From the NCBI GenBank assembly GCA_030704615.1, contig CM060731.1:41912001-41976000 (forward strand): a stretch of 64,000 nucleotides of DNA. The letters run 5' to 3'. The notes beneath the pieces were generated by a model. The model was given only the letters and a program-made list of their open reading frames with translations. It had not been told where the DNA came from and made no database searches. The DNA comes from Takakia lepidozioides. Lineage: Eukaryota > Plantae > Bryophyta. The position numbers and the translations under genes were made by a program. Positions 33,661 to 44,489 of this stretch are shown here, piece after piece. Each line of letters opens with the position of its first letter. The stretch's first letter is position 1.

Positions 33661-34952
33661 GCAGCTCTAGTGAAGGACTATGTATTGTTGTGGGTTCTTG
33701 GCAGGAGTTCTTCTCTGCGCAAACTGACTGGCTGCGAAGTCTCAACTTACTGCTGACTTTGCTTCTGGAACATCTGCCAGCACAACAGGCAGGTTGGTCT
33801 CCATTCTTCTCGAAAGACTTTAGCTTTCAAAGTTTCTAATACTCTGTCAAGTGCCCCGAATTCTAAATCAGTTAGCCCTTCCTTGGATACCCCAGGAAAT
33901 CCTATATACCAGAACAACACTGCTATTGATCCCCGCGTATTAGGGTCAATCAAAAAGCTGTTTTGGCTTTTGAGGTTGTGCTGTTTCAGCAGTGTGGCTC
34001 ACCCTGTGAATAATGCTCTAGATTCACAAAACTCACCATCTTGGTAGTATGGATCCTGCTGATTATCGTGGTGCATCCACAAACGTGGTGACGACAGCCG
34101 CAGCAGGACATTTTCAGGCTTGAATTCGTATTCCTATGCACAATATCCACGAAGTGTATGTGTTGTATTATTGCAACATATGTGGCACTTGAAGTTGTGT
34201 AGGTGTACTGCAGTCAGAAGAGAGAGGGGAGGAGGATGACCTGTCTCTGGAGAGAGGTAGTAGCCCGAATGAGAATGGGAACAACACCTGCGGGCACTCC
34301 AACCAATTGCACTCAAAAAACAAGAGGACAAAGACTCTAAAATTAATCTGAAGAGGTGGAAATTTCCACCAGCACGCTCTCTTTTACTAGAAAAAGCTTG
34401 CAACACCACCAATTTTGGGGGTGATAATATTTGAGATTGAAGTGCGCCTAAGGCTCGTACCACAGAATAAAACTGCTTTAATTCACTTTTTGCACTGTAA
34501 CAACTCTGCTTCTATAACTCTTTGCAAAGGTCTCTTCAGGACCTCTTGCAGCCCAATGAGAAAACAACAATCCACACATCGCATGGAACTGTACATGAGA
34601 GCACACTATAGGATCAGAACCTCTGATAGGAGTGGCAAAAGTGCCAAGAAAGTTGCATCTTTCCCTTGATGTCGCCATGTTCGCCGCAGTTCACACTTCA
34701 GGGAAAACCAAAGGCATCGGTTGCCGAAGGAGGTTCACCAAAAGCGTTGCTTTAGATGACCAAAACGCCTCAGTTCTCTGCCCATTCAAGGGTTTCAAAC
34801 AATTGACACCCAAGCCAGGCACGCTTCAAGGCGCACCCGAGTTGCTTTCTTCCTTCATGAGCATTGGATGCAAACCTTGACTAAAGAGATCTTCGAATTT
34901 GCGGGGAACTTTTCTGGCGACTGCAATTTCACACAGGAGTCCGTATATGAGA

Positions 34953-36992
34953 TCAATATGTGGATTTCCGACCCCTTTCGGGCAAACCCTCCATGATAAT
35001 CCGTTTTCGATACTCCATCGAGAACATATCAGCACTAAGGGGACTGGTCGGACTCCTGGGGCTCCCAGGAGTAGAACCCCTCCTTAGCTTTCTAGATGCT
35101 TCCATGGCTCGCCTAGATGCTTCTTTCTGTTGCACTGACCATCTGCCGGTTCTAAATTTATAAATGTGAGATAGAATCAAGAAGGCGAAGGACGTTGCTA
35201 GGATTGCAGGTATCCGCCCCACCAAAAGGAAAAGCAGTGCAACCAGTAAACACACTGCTGCCCAAGTCTCGTCCCCTTTGACTCGCTTAACCTCCTTCCT
35301 CTCTTCTACTGAGCTCGTTCTCACATTAGTAAGTGCCGATTGCCGGACGTTGATGGAAGCATCCCCCCTGTTCTCTGGCTGGGTCGTGCTCGTTCTCACA
35401 CGACTCAGCCCTGACTTACCAGGTCCCTCCCTCGTCCGTGCCAGGCTTTTTCCACCTTCAAGAGTTGGTCTTGTGTCCGATTTTCTACGGCGAAAACATT
35501 TCTGCTGCTTTGCAGAAGAATCCCGACCGGATGGTGAGGGTGCGGATGATGCAGTACCTGATTCACAATTCTCACTGGCTGCAGAAGCCCGTGAGAAGTA
35601 CTGGTCTCCATCCTGCGACAGGGGACTGGCAGGCGCACTGAAAGGGGGGTCTTCCAGCACTGCCTTCGGTGGGAAAGACTTCAAAAATTTCGACTTGAAA
35701 TTCAGACTGAGCTTGCTTCCACCGTGGGTTGGAGAGGAACTATCAATCGTGTACGAAGGCACCTCCATGCTTGGAGACGCCGGTGGAGTCGAACCATTCT
35801 CAGACGCAGGCGATGATGCCATAGCCTCCTGCAACGAAGGGGTCGGCATAACCGGAGAGGGAGGGGACGACTCGAAAGTCAGAACAGGAAAGACGAAGTT
35901 TGAGTTGTCGTGGCGGACGATCTCGATCTCCGACTTGCCAATAGAAGCCTCTGAACCAGAGACCAACTCAATTCTTCCTTCGCCTTCAGTTTTTCGCAAT
36001 CCAGATCCTACTAGAGTGAGACGCTTTGTTGAGAGCACAGCCAAGTAAGAATGCAACGGGTCTAGCAGATACTTGGCAATAGCAGAGAAGAGGCGCTTCG
36101 CATAAAAATTTCCCATACGCAATCTCCTGATAACGACACCAAAGGTCAATGCAGCTGTTACAGAACCTCCAAATTCTGCCATCTTGCCAACAAAGAATGC
36201 CCCAAGAGATACAAGCAATGCGACTGCCGACTTTGAGGCGTGCTTCCATCCCTTGTCCCGCACACTCATGGCCAGTCCTCTCCGCCTTCGGCTAGTCCTC
36301 ACACCCTTGACTGGAAGCTCTGGCCTTTGTATTCGGTTTAAAGTACCTGACTGACTATCTACAGTCTCCTCACTTCCTTCCCTTGAAACATCGGCACTGG
36401 CCAGCAAATCCTTGTCGAAAAAAACACAGTCACTCTTCATCCGGACATCATCGGACCTCGATTCCTCAGTTATCAGCTTGAGATCGCCGCTATCCACCTT
36501 GACAATCGCACTATCAAATGAGGTGGCTTTACCTCCTCCTTCAATACCCAATTTTCCTTCCATGAGTTCAATATCCTGGATCTTAACATCGCAGCCTGTT
36601 TTCCTTACATTGGAAAGTTCGGCTGCAGCCGCAGACTCGGAACCCAACAAAATCTTCTCCACCTTAGATGAGGAAGCAGAGGCCAGGGACACATTCGAAG
36701 CGGATAATTGGACTTTGAGAACAACAGGGGCCAGCTCCTGATCCGAGGTTTTGACCTTGCCGACAGTCGGGCCTCTAGCAGGGCTGGACAAGAATCTGAC
36801 GACGGAGACGGAGGTACCGGTTTTCTCAGCCACTGAAGTCCTTCTCGCTTCAAGCTCTGCAAATACTACAGCAAACTTCTCAAGCCCTTGAGAAGCATAA
36901 GGATTTGGCTTGGACTTCCCTCCCTTTCGACCACGGGCTCGACGTCGCAGCCGGGGCCACAGAGCCATGGAACTCGGTACAGGATCTGCCAT
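34953..36992 (-). CDS. Uncharacterised ~679-aa membrane protein with a ZCF37-like N-terminal motif and an At5g23160-like C-terminus
   Basis: Single long ORF. First ATG (MADP) follows a TTTTGTTGCAG acceptor. Contains NPYASQGLEKFAVVFAELEARR, hydrophobic segments, VCLLVALLFLLVGRIPAILATS and terminal EYRKRIIMEGLPER. Confidence 0.8.
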   Translation of the reverse strand: MADPVPSSMALWPRLRRRARGRKGGKSKPNPYASQGLEKFAVVFAELEARRTSVAEKTGTSVSVVRFLSSPARGPTVGKVKTSDQELAPVVLKVQLSASNVSLASASSSKVEKILLGSESAAAAELSNVRKTGCDVKIQDIELMEGKLGIEGGGKATSFDSAIVKVDSGDLKLITEESRSDDVRMKSDCVFFDKDLLASADVSREGSEETVDSQSGTLNRIQRPELPVKGVRTSRRRRGLAMSVRDKGWKHASKSAVALLVSLGAFFVGKMAEFGGSVTAALTFGVVIRRLRMGNFYAKRLFSAIAKYLLDPLHSYLAVLSTKRLTLVGSGLRKTEGEGRIELVSGSEASIGKSEIEIVRHDNSNFVFPVLTFESSPPSPVMPTPSLQEAMASSPASENGSTPPASPSMEVPSYTIDSSSPTHGGSKLSLNFKSKFLKSFPPKAVLEDPPFSAPASPLSQDGDQYFSRASAASENCESGTASSAPSPSGRDSSAKQQKCFRRRKSDTRPTLEGGKSLARTREGPGKSGLSRVRTSTTQPENRGDASINVRQSALTNVRTSSVEERKEVKRVKGDETWAAVCLLVALLFLLVGRIPAILATSFAFLILSHIYKFRTGRWSVQQKEASRRAMEASRKLRRGSTPGSPRSPTSPLSADMFSMEYRKRIIMEGLPERGRKSTY

Positions 36993-38239
36993 AACACTCG
37001 AGTCTTCGCAGACTGGGGAGCCACTGCAACAAAATGCCACCAGATGTATGCACTCCTCTCAAACCTCTTCGACCATAATCTCAAAATCGCAGCTTTTGAT
37101 CAGTACGCACTGCTCCCCCCTCACATTTAAAACACGACTACAATTACAACTACAACTACAGCATCATCGAGAACCCTGCTCTCCCGTCATTGGATGAGAA
37201 GCACATGGGGGAGAGGGAGGGGAACTTAGAGTGCAAATGCGGGATCCAACCACAACCAATTGACCACAGAGCACCGGGCTGACAGACTCGACCCACAAAG
37301 TATGAGAGTATCAACTATGAACCACCTCCTTCCTGGGTCTTCCATGACTGCCCAACTTCGCTGTGATCGAGTAAAGCCATTCCTGAAAAGAGCGTGAAGC
37401 AAAAGGCAAACAGAGAACAGTAAACTGGAGCTGCGCAGGCGTGTCTGAGGAAGACGAGCTCGTCCTCGCCTTCTATTTAGCCCCTCCACACCATCGCGCC
37501 CGCTGCGTTTACCGCACACCATTTTCGGATGAATGCGGTGACGATAACCACGACGACCGCCCAACAATGCGACGACCGGATGGATGACAACAACCCCATA
37601 CCTTGGATGAAACCACGGTAGCTTAGTCGGCACGCGTCAGCGTTTACTTAGCCGCGAAAAGATTCTCCAGCTTTTTTCCTTTGTGTTTTTAGGGATCTTC
37701 CGGAGCAGAATTTCCCGACGCGGGGTCTTTTCGAGGGAAATTTCCCGCAAGGCATAGTATCGTAGAGGGGATTTCCCGCTAAGGCGGGGCCCATTTATTT
37801 CTCTTTCTGTTTTTGTGCTTCTTGTCCTTTCCCGAGAAATACGCTGGAAAGAAATAAGTTGGAAAATCTCTACGAAGGGGGAAGCAGTGATTTTCTTAAG
37901 AAATTTGGAAAACAGCAAGAGTGGCTACAGAGTTTTGCAAAAAATAGCCATGCATTCTGTTCATCTACTTAAATTCATCCACCTCTGTACTTCAATCCAT
38001 TTATATCATCCATATGTGGAGAATTCATCCATAATTTATTTTTTATTTGGAGAAATTTGGCGATTTCATCCATGAGAAAACAGGGAATTTACGAAAGAAT
38101 ATTCTATTTTAGTTTTTGAGGTCGAAATCTGGCGAAAATTCGCCACTAACAAAAACGGAAGTGCATTTGGGCTCCGATTTGGGAAAAATCTAAACCAGCC
38201 AAACTCAGTGCCTTTCTTTGGCAGATTGCATAGGATCTT

Positions 38240-38950
38240 CCCTTTCTCGGATGACATCTGAAATTGCCATTCCCATCCAGACCGTTGGGCAATTTCTGAA
38301 CTTCCAAGAGGCTCTACTCTGCATATGCTGCCCCGCTGGGGTTATTGAGTCTTTGGAACACTGCCTTCTTTTCTGTAGAGGGCCGTCATCCATCTGGCCC
38401 TTGGTATGGTCACTTTACAGGGTCTGGTCAGACCCCCATAAGGCAGGACCCCATAGCCCTCCTGCTTAATTACAACCAAACAACCAAGTCCAAGGTATCC
38501 ACATGCCCAATATTCAAGGCCCAATATTTGAGGCCCTCCGCCGGGCAACACGCTCCGGCAAATTTGGAAGGCTCGGTGCAAATGGACATTAAACAATGCT
38601 TCCTCCTCCTGTACAGAAATGCTTGTTTGTGTTTTCTATGATGTTACTATTGCAGCTAAGTTGGCCTGGCAAAACTATGTGCAGAAGCAGACAAAAAACC
38701 TGAACGAAGAGATTCCCTCCTCGCCTCCTTCAGAACATCTTGGGGAAGAGGATGAATCATTTGTTGCAGCATTGATTCGGACTCCTGTACATGGGCAAAC
38801 TCCATACCTGAACTCTGGAAACACCAATGGAGCACCGTCTTCGGCCTCCCCTGATTTGAACTCCTCAGCAGATATTAACTGGAAGCACAAAAGGAGGGGT
38901 CTATATCTAAGTTGATCTTCCTCAGATAGACATCTTCCGAGTTTCGCTCC
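38240..38950 (+). mobile_element. 5'-truncated L1-type LINE remnant
   Basis: zf-RVT-like CICCPAGVIESLEHCLLFC...IW motif; degenerate. Confidence 0.5.
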
Positions 38951-39334
38951 TTGGCCGTTCCTGTGCTCTTACTGTTCGTCGTTCCATCCAGTCCCCTCTG
39001 CACTAGGGCACCTCTCTCTAATAGAGGTTTTCATTGCTATGAACTAATCCCATATTAGCTCTATGCACTATGGGCAAATCTTGCAACCAATAATAGATGG
39101 GTCTACTAGGACTGCATGCTTGTTGGAATCTCCAACACGGTCCCGTGTTAAGCCTCATGGCAAATATGTAGAGCAGTTTCATTCGGGCCTGATTCTAGAG
39201 TGGTCCAGGAATTAGTGTGGCCAGGAATTAGAGTGGGACGCTTATGTAGGAAGGCCTGAATTAAGGAATGAGACGAGGGGGTCAAAAAAAGAAGGGAGGA
39301 ATTGGCTAAATTTAGAATAGGGAGTCTTGTAGGT

Positions 39335-39480
39335 AATTGACATGTGTGAGGGCCTTCTAGAAGGGTCCCACCGCCCTCAAAGGGTATATAAGGCCTCTTA
39401 CTACCTACTAACTTACTACCTACTAAATTAGTAAATAATGGGCTCGCAAAGGCAGGCCCCCCCAAAAAAAACAGCAAACA
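39335..39480 (-). repeat. Dispersed repeat, copy 2 (inverted relative to 19421-19569)
   Basis: Reverse-complement similarity to 19421-19569. Confidence 0.7.
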
Positions 39481-41336
39481 TGAATCAATTACTTAATAGA
39501 ATTAAGTGAATATGTACTGTATAACAGGGTTTAATTTTTTCCTTTTTAATAAATTTCCAGGGCCTCTCATCCCTTTTGGTATTTGTTTTTTCTTAAAACG
39601 CTGGGGGAAAGTCAGTATCCCACGGTATTTCTGCCGCCTTTCTCAAAAGGCGGAAGTAGCTCGGGCCATTGACTTGGCCGCCACTAAATATGGCTCTCTT
39701 CCACACCTGGCCCGCCAGTTTAGTGAACTTTCTAAACTGGCGGCCAGTGTGGACGTCCTTCACGCGAGGACCGTAACTCCATCGACCTGGAATGGCGGGA
39801 TGCAAAGTCGGACACCAATCCAATTATCCACGCCACGCAGTTATTGTACTTAGTGGCGTGCGTCAACCACAGAGGAACACGTGGGCGCGGGGAATCTTTC
39901 TAGAACCTCACGGGGAGTACGGTAGCCAGAGTCGTGGAGAATGTGTAACTTAGGGTAACGAACAATGGAGTCGTCCTGCAGTACATTGGTGGAACAGATT
40001 ACAAGTAGTCAACTTGAAATGGAAGATGTGGTTTCAAGCCATACAAGCTGTGGCATTCTGGGCATGCCATCCGAAGCTTTGGCAATAGGTCTGGACAATA
40101 CTTTACTGAAACTTGGAATTCAGTGAAAGTATACTTACCTGAAGCCAACACTGTGAGTGCGGGAGGAAGACGCAAACCCTACAAATCTGAATTTCAGTGA
40201 CTACAAAGGATCGCAAGAGCAAGTAGGACCACTTGCTCCCGACTTCACACAAACCCTAAAATTACTAGGTATTCACTTGAGAGCTCACAACAATGTTCAC
40301 TCTGCGAATCGTTTAACGAGGGAAGCGATTACTGCAACTGTCATTCAAGGTGGTGGCGTCCTCCATGCTCGCCGCTGCTCCTGCTGGCTTTGACGATACA
40401 AAATTTTCCTGGAGCTGAAACATAGTCGCAGGTGGGATCAGTTCGGAGATGAGACCTTTCACAAGTAGTCCAATACAAATCCCTACCTCAAGAAGTCTAT
40501 AGACAACACCACAGAACAATTCTCTTACTATTCAGAAGGCCTTCAACACGTCCTCAATATAATCTGAACCAGGGAAGCTTGGATGCTGCAGATTTTTAGG
40601 TAGCGGGATTCGAACGTGATTACATTAACTCTGACCATTTTTCAAAAAGTGGCAGCAAACAGATGCGATTATAGAGTCTAGTGCACGAGCGTTTCTTTAG
40701 GGTTTGAGCTTGCCTGCGTCTCTCCTCCCGCTTCATGGATCAGAACCAGTCTGGGTTGTTGTCAAGATCGTTCAACACTAGCGTAGCATGGTGAACGGAG
40801 ACGGCAATGGCGCGCTGCAGCAGCAAGCGCAGCAGGCGCTGGCAGAAAAGTAGTTTACAGATGCTGCTCTAGTGTTCCAACGGCTTCTCCTTTCTAGTTA
40901 GTTACTTAAATGCTTCTTACAATGTCCTCTTGCGCTCTGATCTCCTGTTCCTGGACCTTCCGTGTTCGTGGTTAAAAGCAGCCATGTATCGAACATGTCT
41001 GGGGTTGGAGACCTTCAGTTCACCCGCCTACATGCATTTCCTTTCTCGTCGGAGTGCCCTGGGCTTTCCAAGACAGGTATCTGCAGTTTTCGGTATGCTC
41101 GACCTGCATTCTCATCTTGATTTAAATGAGCTATAGCTTGATTCAAACAAATGAAGAGGATTTCGTTTTGACAATTATGATCTACGTCTGTCTTTAGAAA
41201 GAAGCTAGTTACGTGTCTTCCTAATTCTGAATTTTGGGATGCTTGCATGTCGAGATAGGAGTTTTTGTTTGAAATTCTTCACCTACCATTTGTTCTATTA
41301 TGCAGGGTGGCACGGTTTCAATGCCGAAGTCAGTCG

Positions 41337-44300
41337 ATGTCGTGTGGTCAGCATCCAAATGGCGGCAAAGGAATGGGTTTTGGCATGGCCAACGTTAGCA
41401 CTGCTGTTAGTGCGGCGTCAAGAGAAGAACTAGTCAACAAGTACTCTTGTGAAACAGGTGGGGATGTAAGCAGACTCTGTCAAGAGGGACGTTTGAAGGA
41501 CGCCCTGCGCATTTTGGATGTCCTGGACAATGGAGGAATCCGGACACACTCAAGCATCTATGCCTGTCTCTTGCAGGCATGTGCTAAAATGAAAGCCCTG
41601 GCAGATGGCAAGCGGGTTCATGCACACATGATGAAGGCTGGATTTGAGGTAGATGTCCTTGTGGGAAACAGTCTTGTCAGCATGTATGCCAAGTGTGGGA
41701 GTGTGGGGGATGCGCGGCATGTATTTGACGAGATGCCAAGACGGAATGTGGTCTCATGGAATACGATGATTGCAGGATACGCCCAGTATGGTCATAGTGA
41801 AATTGCATTTGAGATATTTTGGCAAATGCATAAAGAAGGCGTTAATCCAGATAGGATCACCTTCATGAGCATTCTCAATGCATGCTCTAGCCCAGCAAAC
41901 CTAGCGCATGGCAAAGTGATCCATGCACGTGTGACTAAATCTGGAATAGAGTCAGATCTCCGTGTGGGGAATGCCCTTGTTAGCATGTATAGCAAATGTG
42001 GGAGTATGCTGGATGCATGCCAGGTATTTGAAAAAATGTATAAACGAGATGTGGTATCATGGACCACGATGATTGTTGGACATGCTCAACATGGTCATCA
42101 TGAGGAGGCATTCAAATTCTTTCAGGAAATGCAATGTGAAGGCGTGAGACCTGACAAGGTCACTTTCATCAGCATCCTCAATGCATGTGCAAACCCAACA
42201 GCTCTCAAACAGGGGAAGCAAGTCCATGCCCACATCATCCAAGTTGGACTGGAGTCAGATGTCCGTGTGGGCAATGCCCTCATCAGCATGTATTTCAAGT
42301 GCGGAAGTGTGGTGGATGGGCTCCAAGTATTTTACAAAATGCCCAAGCGAGATTTGGTCTCATGGAACACGGCAATTGCAGGCTATACTAACCAAGGGGA
42401 TGGGAGAAGGGTATTTGAACTCTATCAACAAATGCAACAAGAAGGAATGAAGCCTGATGCAGTGACTTTCATCAGTGTTCTGAAAGTATGTGCCAGTCTG
42501 GCAGCTTTTGAACAGGGCAAGCAGGTGCACGGTCACATTGTCAAAGCTGGGGTTGAGTCAGACATTGCAGTTGCGAATGCTCTTGTCAATATGTATGCCA
42601 GGTGTGGTAGTGTGGTGGGTGCACACCAAGTGTTTGACAAGATGCTTGAACGAGATGTGGTCTCATGGACTTCCATGATTGCTGGATGTGCTCAGCATGG
42701 ATTTACTGCAGAGGCTTTTGAACTTCTTCGACAAATGCAACGTGAAGGTGTGAAGCCTGATATTATCACCTTCACCAGCATCCTCAATGCATGTGCCAGC
42801 CCAGCAGATTTAGAACAGGGCAATTGGATCCACAACCTCATTCGTGAAGCTGGAGTTCAACCGGATGTCCGTGTGGGCAATGCCCTTGTAAGCATGTATG
42901 CTAGGTGTGGAAGTGTAGTGGGTGCATGCCATGTGTTCAACACAATGCCCAAACGAGATGTGGTTTCATGGAATGCAATCTTTGCAGGACTAGCTCAGAA
43001 TATGCATAGTGACAAGGCTCTAGAGCTCTTTTGGCAAATGCAACAAGAAGGCGTGAAGCCAGACAGGATCACCTTCACTACCATCCTGAATGCATGTGCC
43101 AGCCTAGCAGCACTGGAAGAGGGCAAAGAGCTCCATGCCCTCATCATCAAAGGTCAATTTGGTCTGGATGTGTGTTTGGGAAATGCCCTCATCGATATGT
43201 ATTCCAAATGCAGGAGCATGGTGTATGCACAGCAAGTCTTTGACGAAATGCTAAGAAAAGATGTGGTGTCATGGACTTCAATGATTTTAGGATATTCCCA
43301 GCAGGGACAGGGTCAAGAGGCTCTCAAACTCTTTTGGCGAATGCAGCGAGAAGGTGAGAAGCCCAATGAAGTGACTTGTACAATCATCGTCAATACATGT
43401 GCCACGGTAGGGCTGCTGGAAGAGGGCAAGCAGGTCCATGCCTGTGTGGTTGAAGCTGGATTTGACTCAAATGTCTGTGTGGGGAATGCGCTTGTTGACA
43501 TGTATGCCAAGTGCGGGACTTTAACAGATTCACGGCAAGTGTTTGATCAAATCCCTAGACGAGATGTGGTCTCATGGACTGCAATGATTATAGGGTATTC
43601 TGAGCATGGGCATGGCAGGGAGGCCCTCCATCTATTTGAACTAATGCAGCAGGAAGGGGTTAAGCCAGACAAGGTCACCTTCATCGGTGTTCTCTCTGCA
43701 TGTAGCCATGTTGGCCTACTGGACGAAGGTCATCACTACTTCCATTCCATGAGTGAAGACCATGGTATTGCACCAACACGGAAGCACTATGGCTGCATGG
43801 TCGACCTTCTGGGTCGTGCAGGCCACTTGGACGAAGCAGAAAATACACTCAGGAAAATGCCATTTGAGCCGGATGCGTCAGTGTGGGGAGCCATGCTTGG
43901 TGCCTGCAGACTACATGGCAATGTGGAGCTAGCTGAGCGTTCTGCTGAGTGTATTCTCAAGTTACAACCACAAGATCCCACCGTTTATGTGCTACTGTCA
44001 AACATCTATGCTGCGGCTGGCAGGTGGGAGGATGTAGCAAAGGTGAGAAGATTAATGGTGGACAAAAATGTGAAAAAAGAGCCAGGTCACAGCTGGATCG
44101 AGGTCAAGAACAGAGTACATACATTTTTTGCAGAAGATAGGTCACACCCACAAAGTGAGGAGATCTATACAGAGTTGAAGCGATTGGTCAGAGACATGAA
44201 AGAGGCAGGATATGTGCCTGACACTCACTTTGCATTGCACAATGTGGATCAGCAGCAGAAGGAACAGTCTCTCTTCCACCACAGTGAGAAACTGGCAATT

Positions 44301-44489
44301 GTGTTTGGGCTCATCAGCACACCCCCTGGTACACCCATCCGCATCTTCAAGAACCTTCGGGTATGTGGGGACTGTCACACTGCCACCAAGTTGATTTCAA
44401 AGATTGTTGGGCGAGAAATTTTTGCAAGGGATGCCAACCGCTTCCATCACTTCAAAAATGGGTTGTGCTCATGTAGCGATTATTGGTAA
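41337..44489 (+). CDS. PLS-class PPR protein with E1-E2-DYW deaminase domain (organellar C-to-U RNA editing factor), ~1050 aa
   Basis: About 23 PLS motifs, PG box (PGHSWIEV), HSEKLA, CGDCH and terminal DYW. The first in-frame ATG is 41337; the N-terminus could be extended by an upstream exon (acceptor at 41305). Confidence 0.95.
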   Translation: MSCGQHPNGGKGMGFGMANVSTAVSAASREELVNKYSCETGGDVSRLCQEGRLKDALRILDVLDNGGIRTHSSIYACLLQACAKMKALADGKRVHAHMMKAGFEVDVLVGNSLVSMYAKCGSVGDARHVFDEMPRRNVVSWNTMIAGYAQYGHSEIAFEIFWQMHKEGVNPDRITFMSILNACSSPANLAHGKVIHARVTKSGIESDLRVGNALVSMYSKCGSMLDACQVFEKMYKRDVVSWTTMIVGHAQHGHHEEAFKFFQEMQCEGVRPDKVTFISILNACANPTALKQGKQVHAHIIQVGLESDVRVGNALISMYFKCGSVVDGLQVFYKMPKRDLVSWNTAIAGYTNQGDGRRVFELYQQMQQEGMKPDAVTFISVLKVCASLAAFEQGKQVHGHIVKAGVESDIAVANALVNMYARCGSVVGAHQVFDKMLERDVVSWTSMIAGCAQHGFTAEAFELLRQMQREGVKPDIITFTSILNACASPADLEQGNWIHNLIREAGVQPDVRVGNALVSMYARCGSVVGACHVFNTMPKRDVVSWNAIFAGLAQNMHSDKALELFWQMQQEGVKPDRITFTTILNACASLAALEEGKELHALIIKGQFGLDVCLGNALIDMYSKCRSMVYAQQVFDEMLRKDVVSWTSMILGYSQQGQGQEALKLFWRMQREGEKPNEVTCTIIVNTCATVGLLEEGKQVHACVVEAGFDSNVCVGNALVDMYAKCGTLTDSRQVFDQIPRRDVVSWTAMIIGYSEHGHGREALHLFELMQQEGVKPDKVTFIGVLSACSHVGLLDEGHHYFHSMSEDHGIAPTRKHYGCMVDLLGRAGHLDEAENTLRKMPFEPDASVWGAMLGACRLHGNVELAERSAECILKLQPQDPTVYVLLSNIYAAAGRWEDVAKVRRLMVDKNVKKEPGHSWIEVKNRVHTFFAEDRSHPQSEEIYTELKRLVRDMKEAGYVPDTHFALHNVDQQQKEQSLFHHSEKLAIVFGLISTPPGTPIRIFKNLRVCGDCHTATKLISKIVGREIFARDANRFHHFKNGLCSCSDYW

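Noticed and set aside
35278-36048. 256-aa + strand ORF
   Set aside because: Antisense shadow of the 34953-36992 gene, with a non-ATG start.
41265-41336. TTG-start N-terminal extension of the PPR-DYW ORF
   Set aside because: It overlaps a likely intron acceptor (TGCAG at 41301-41305). The candidate upstream exon 40984-41076 is out of phase.
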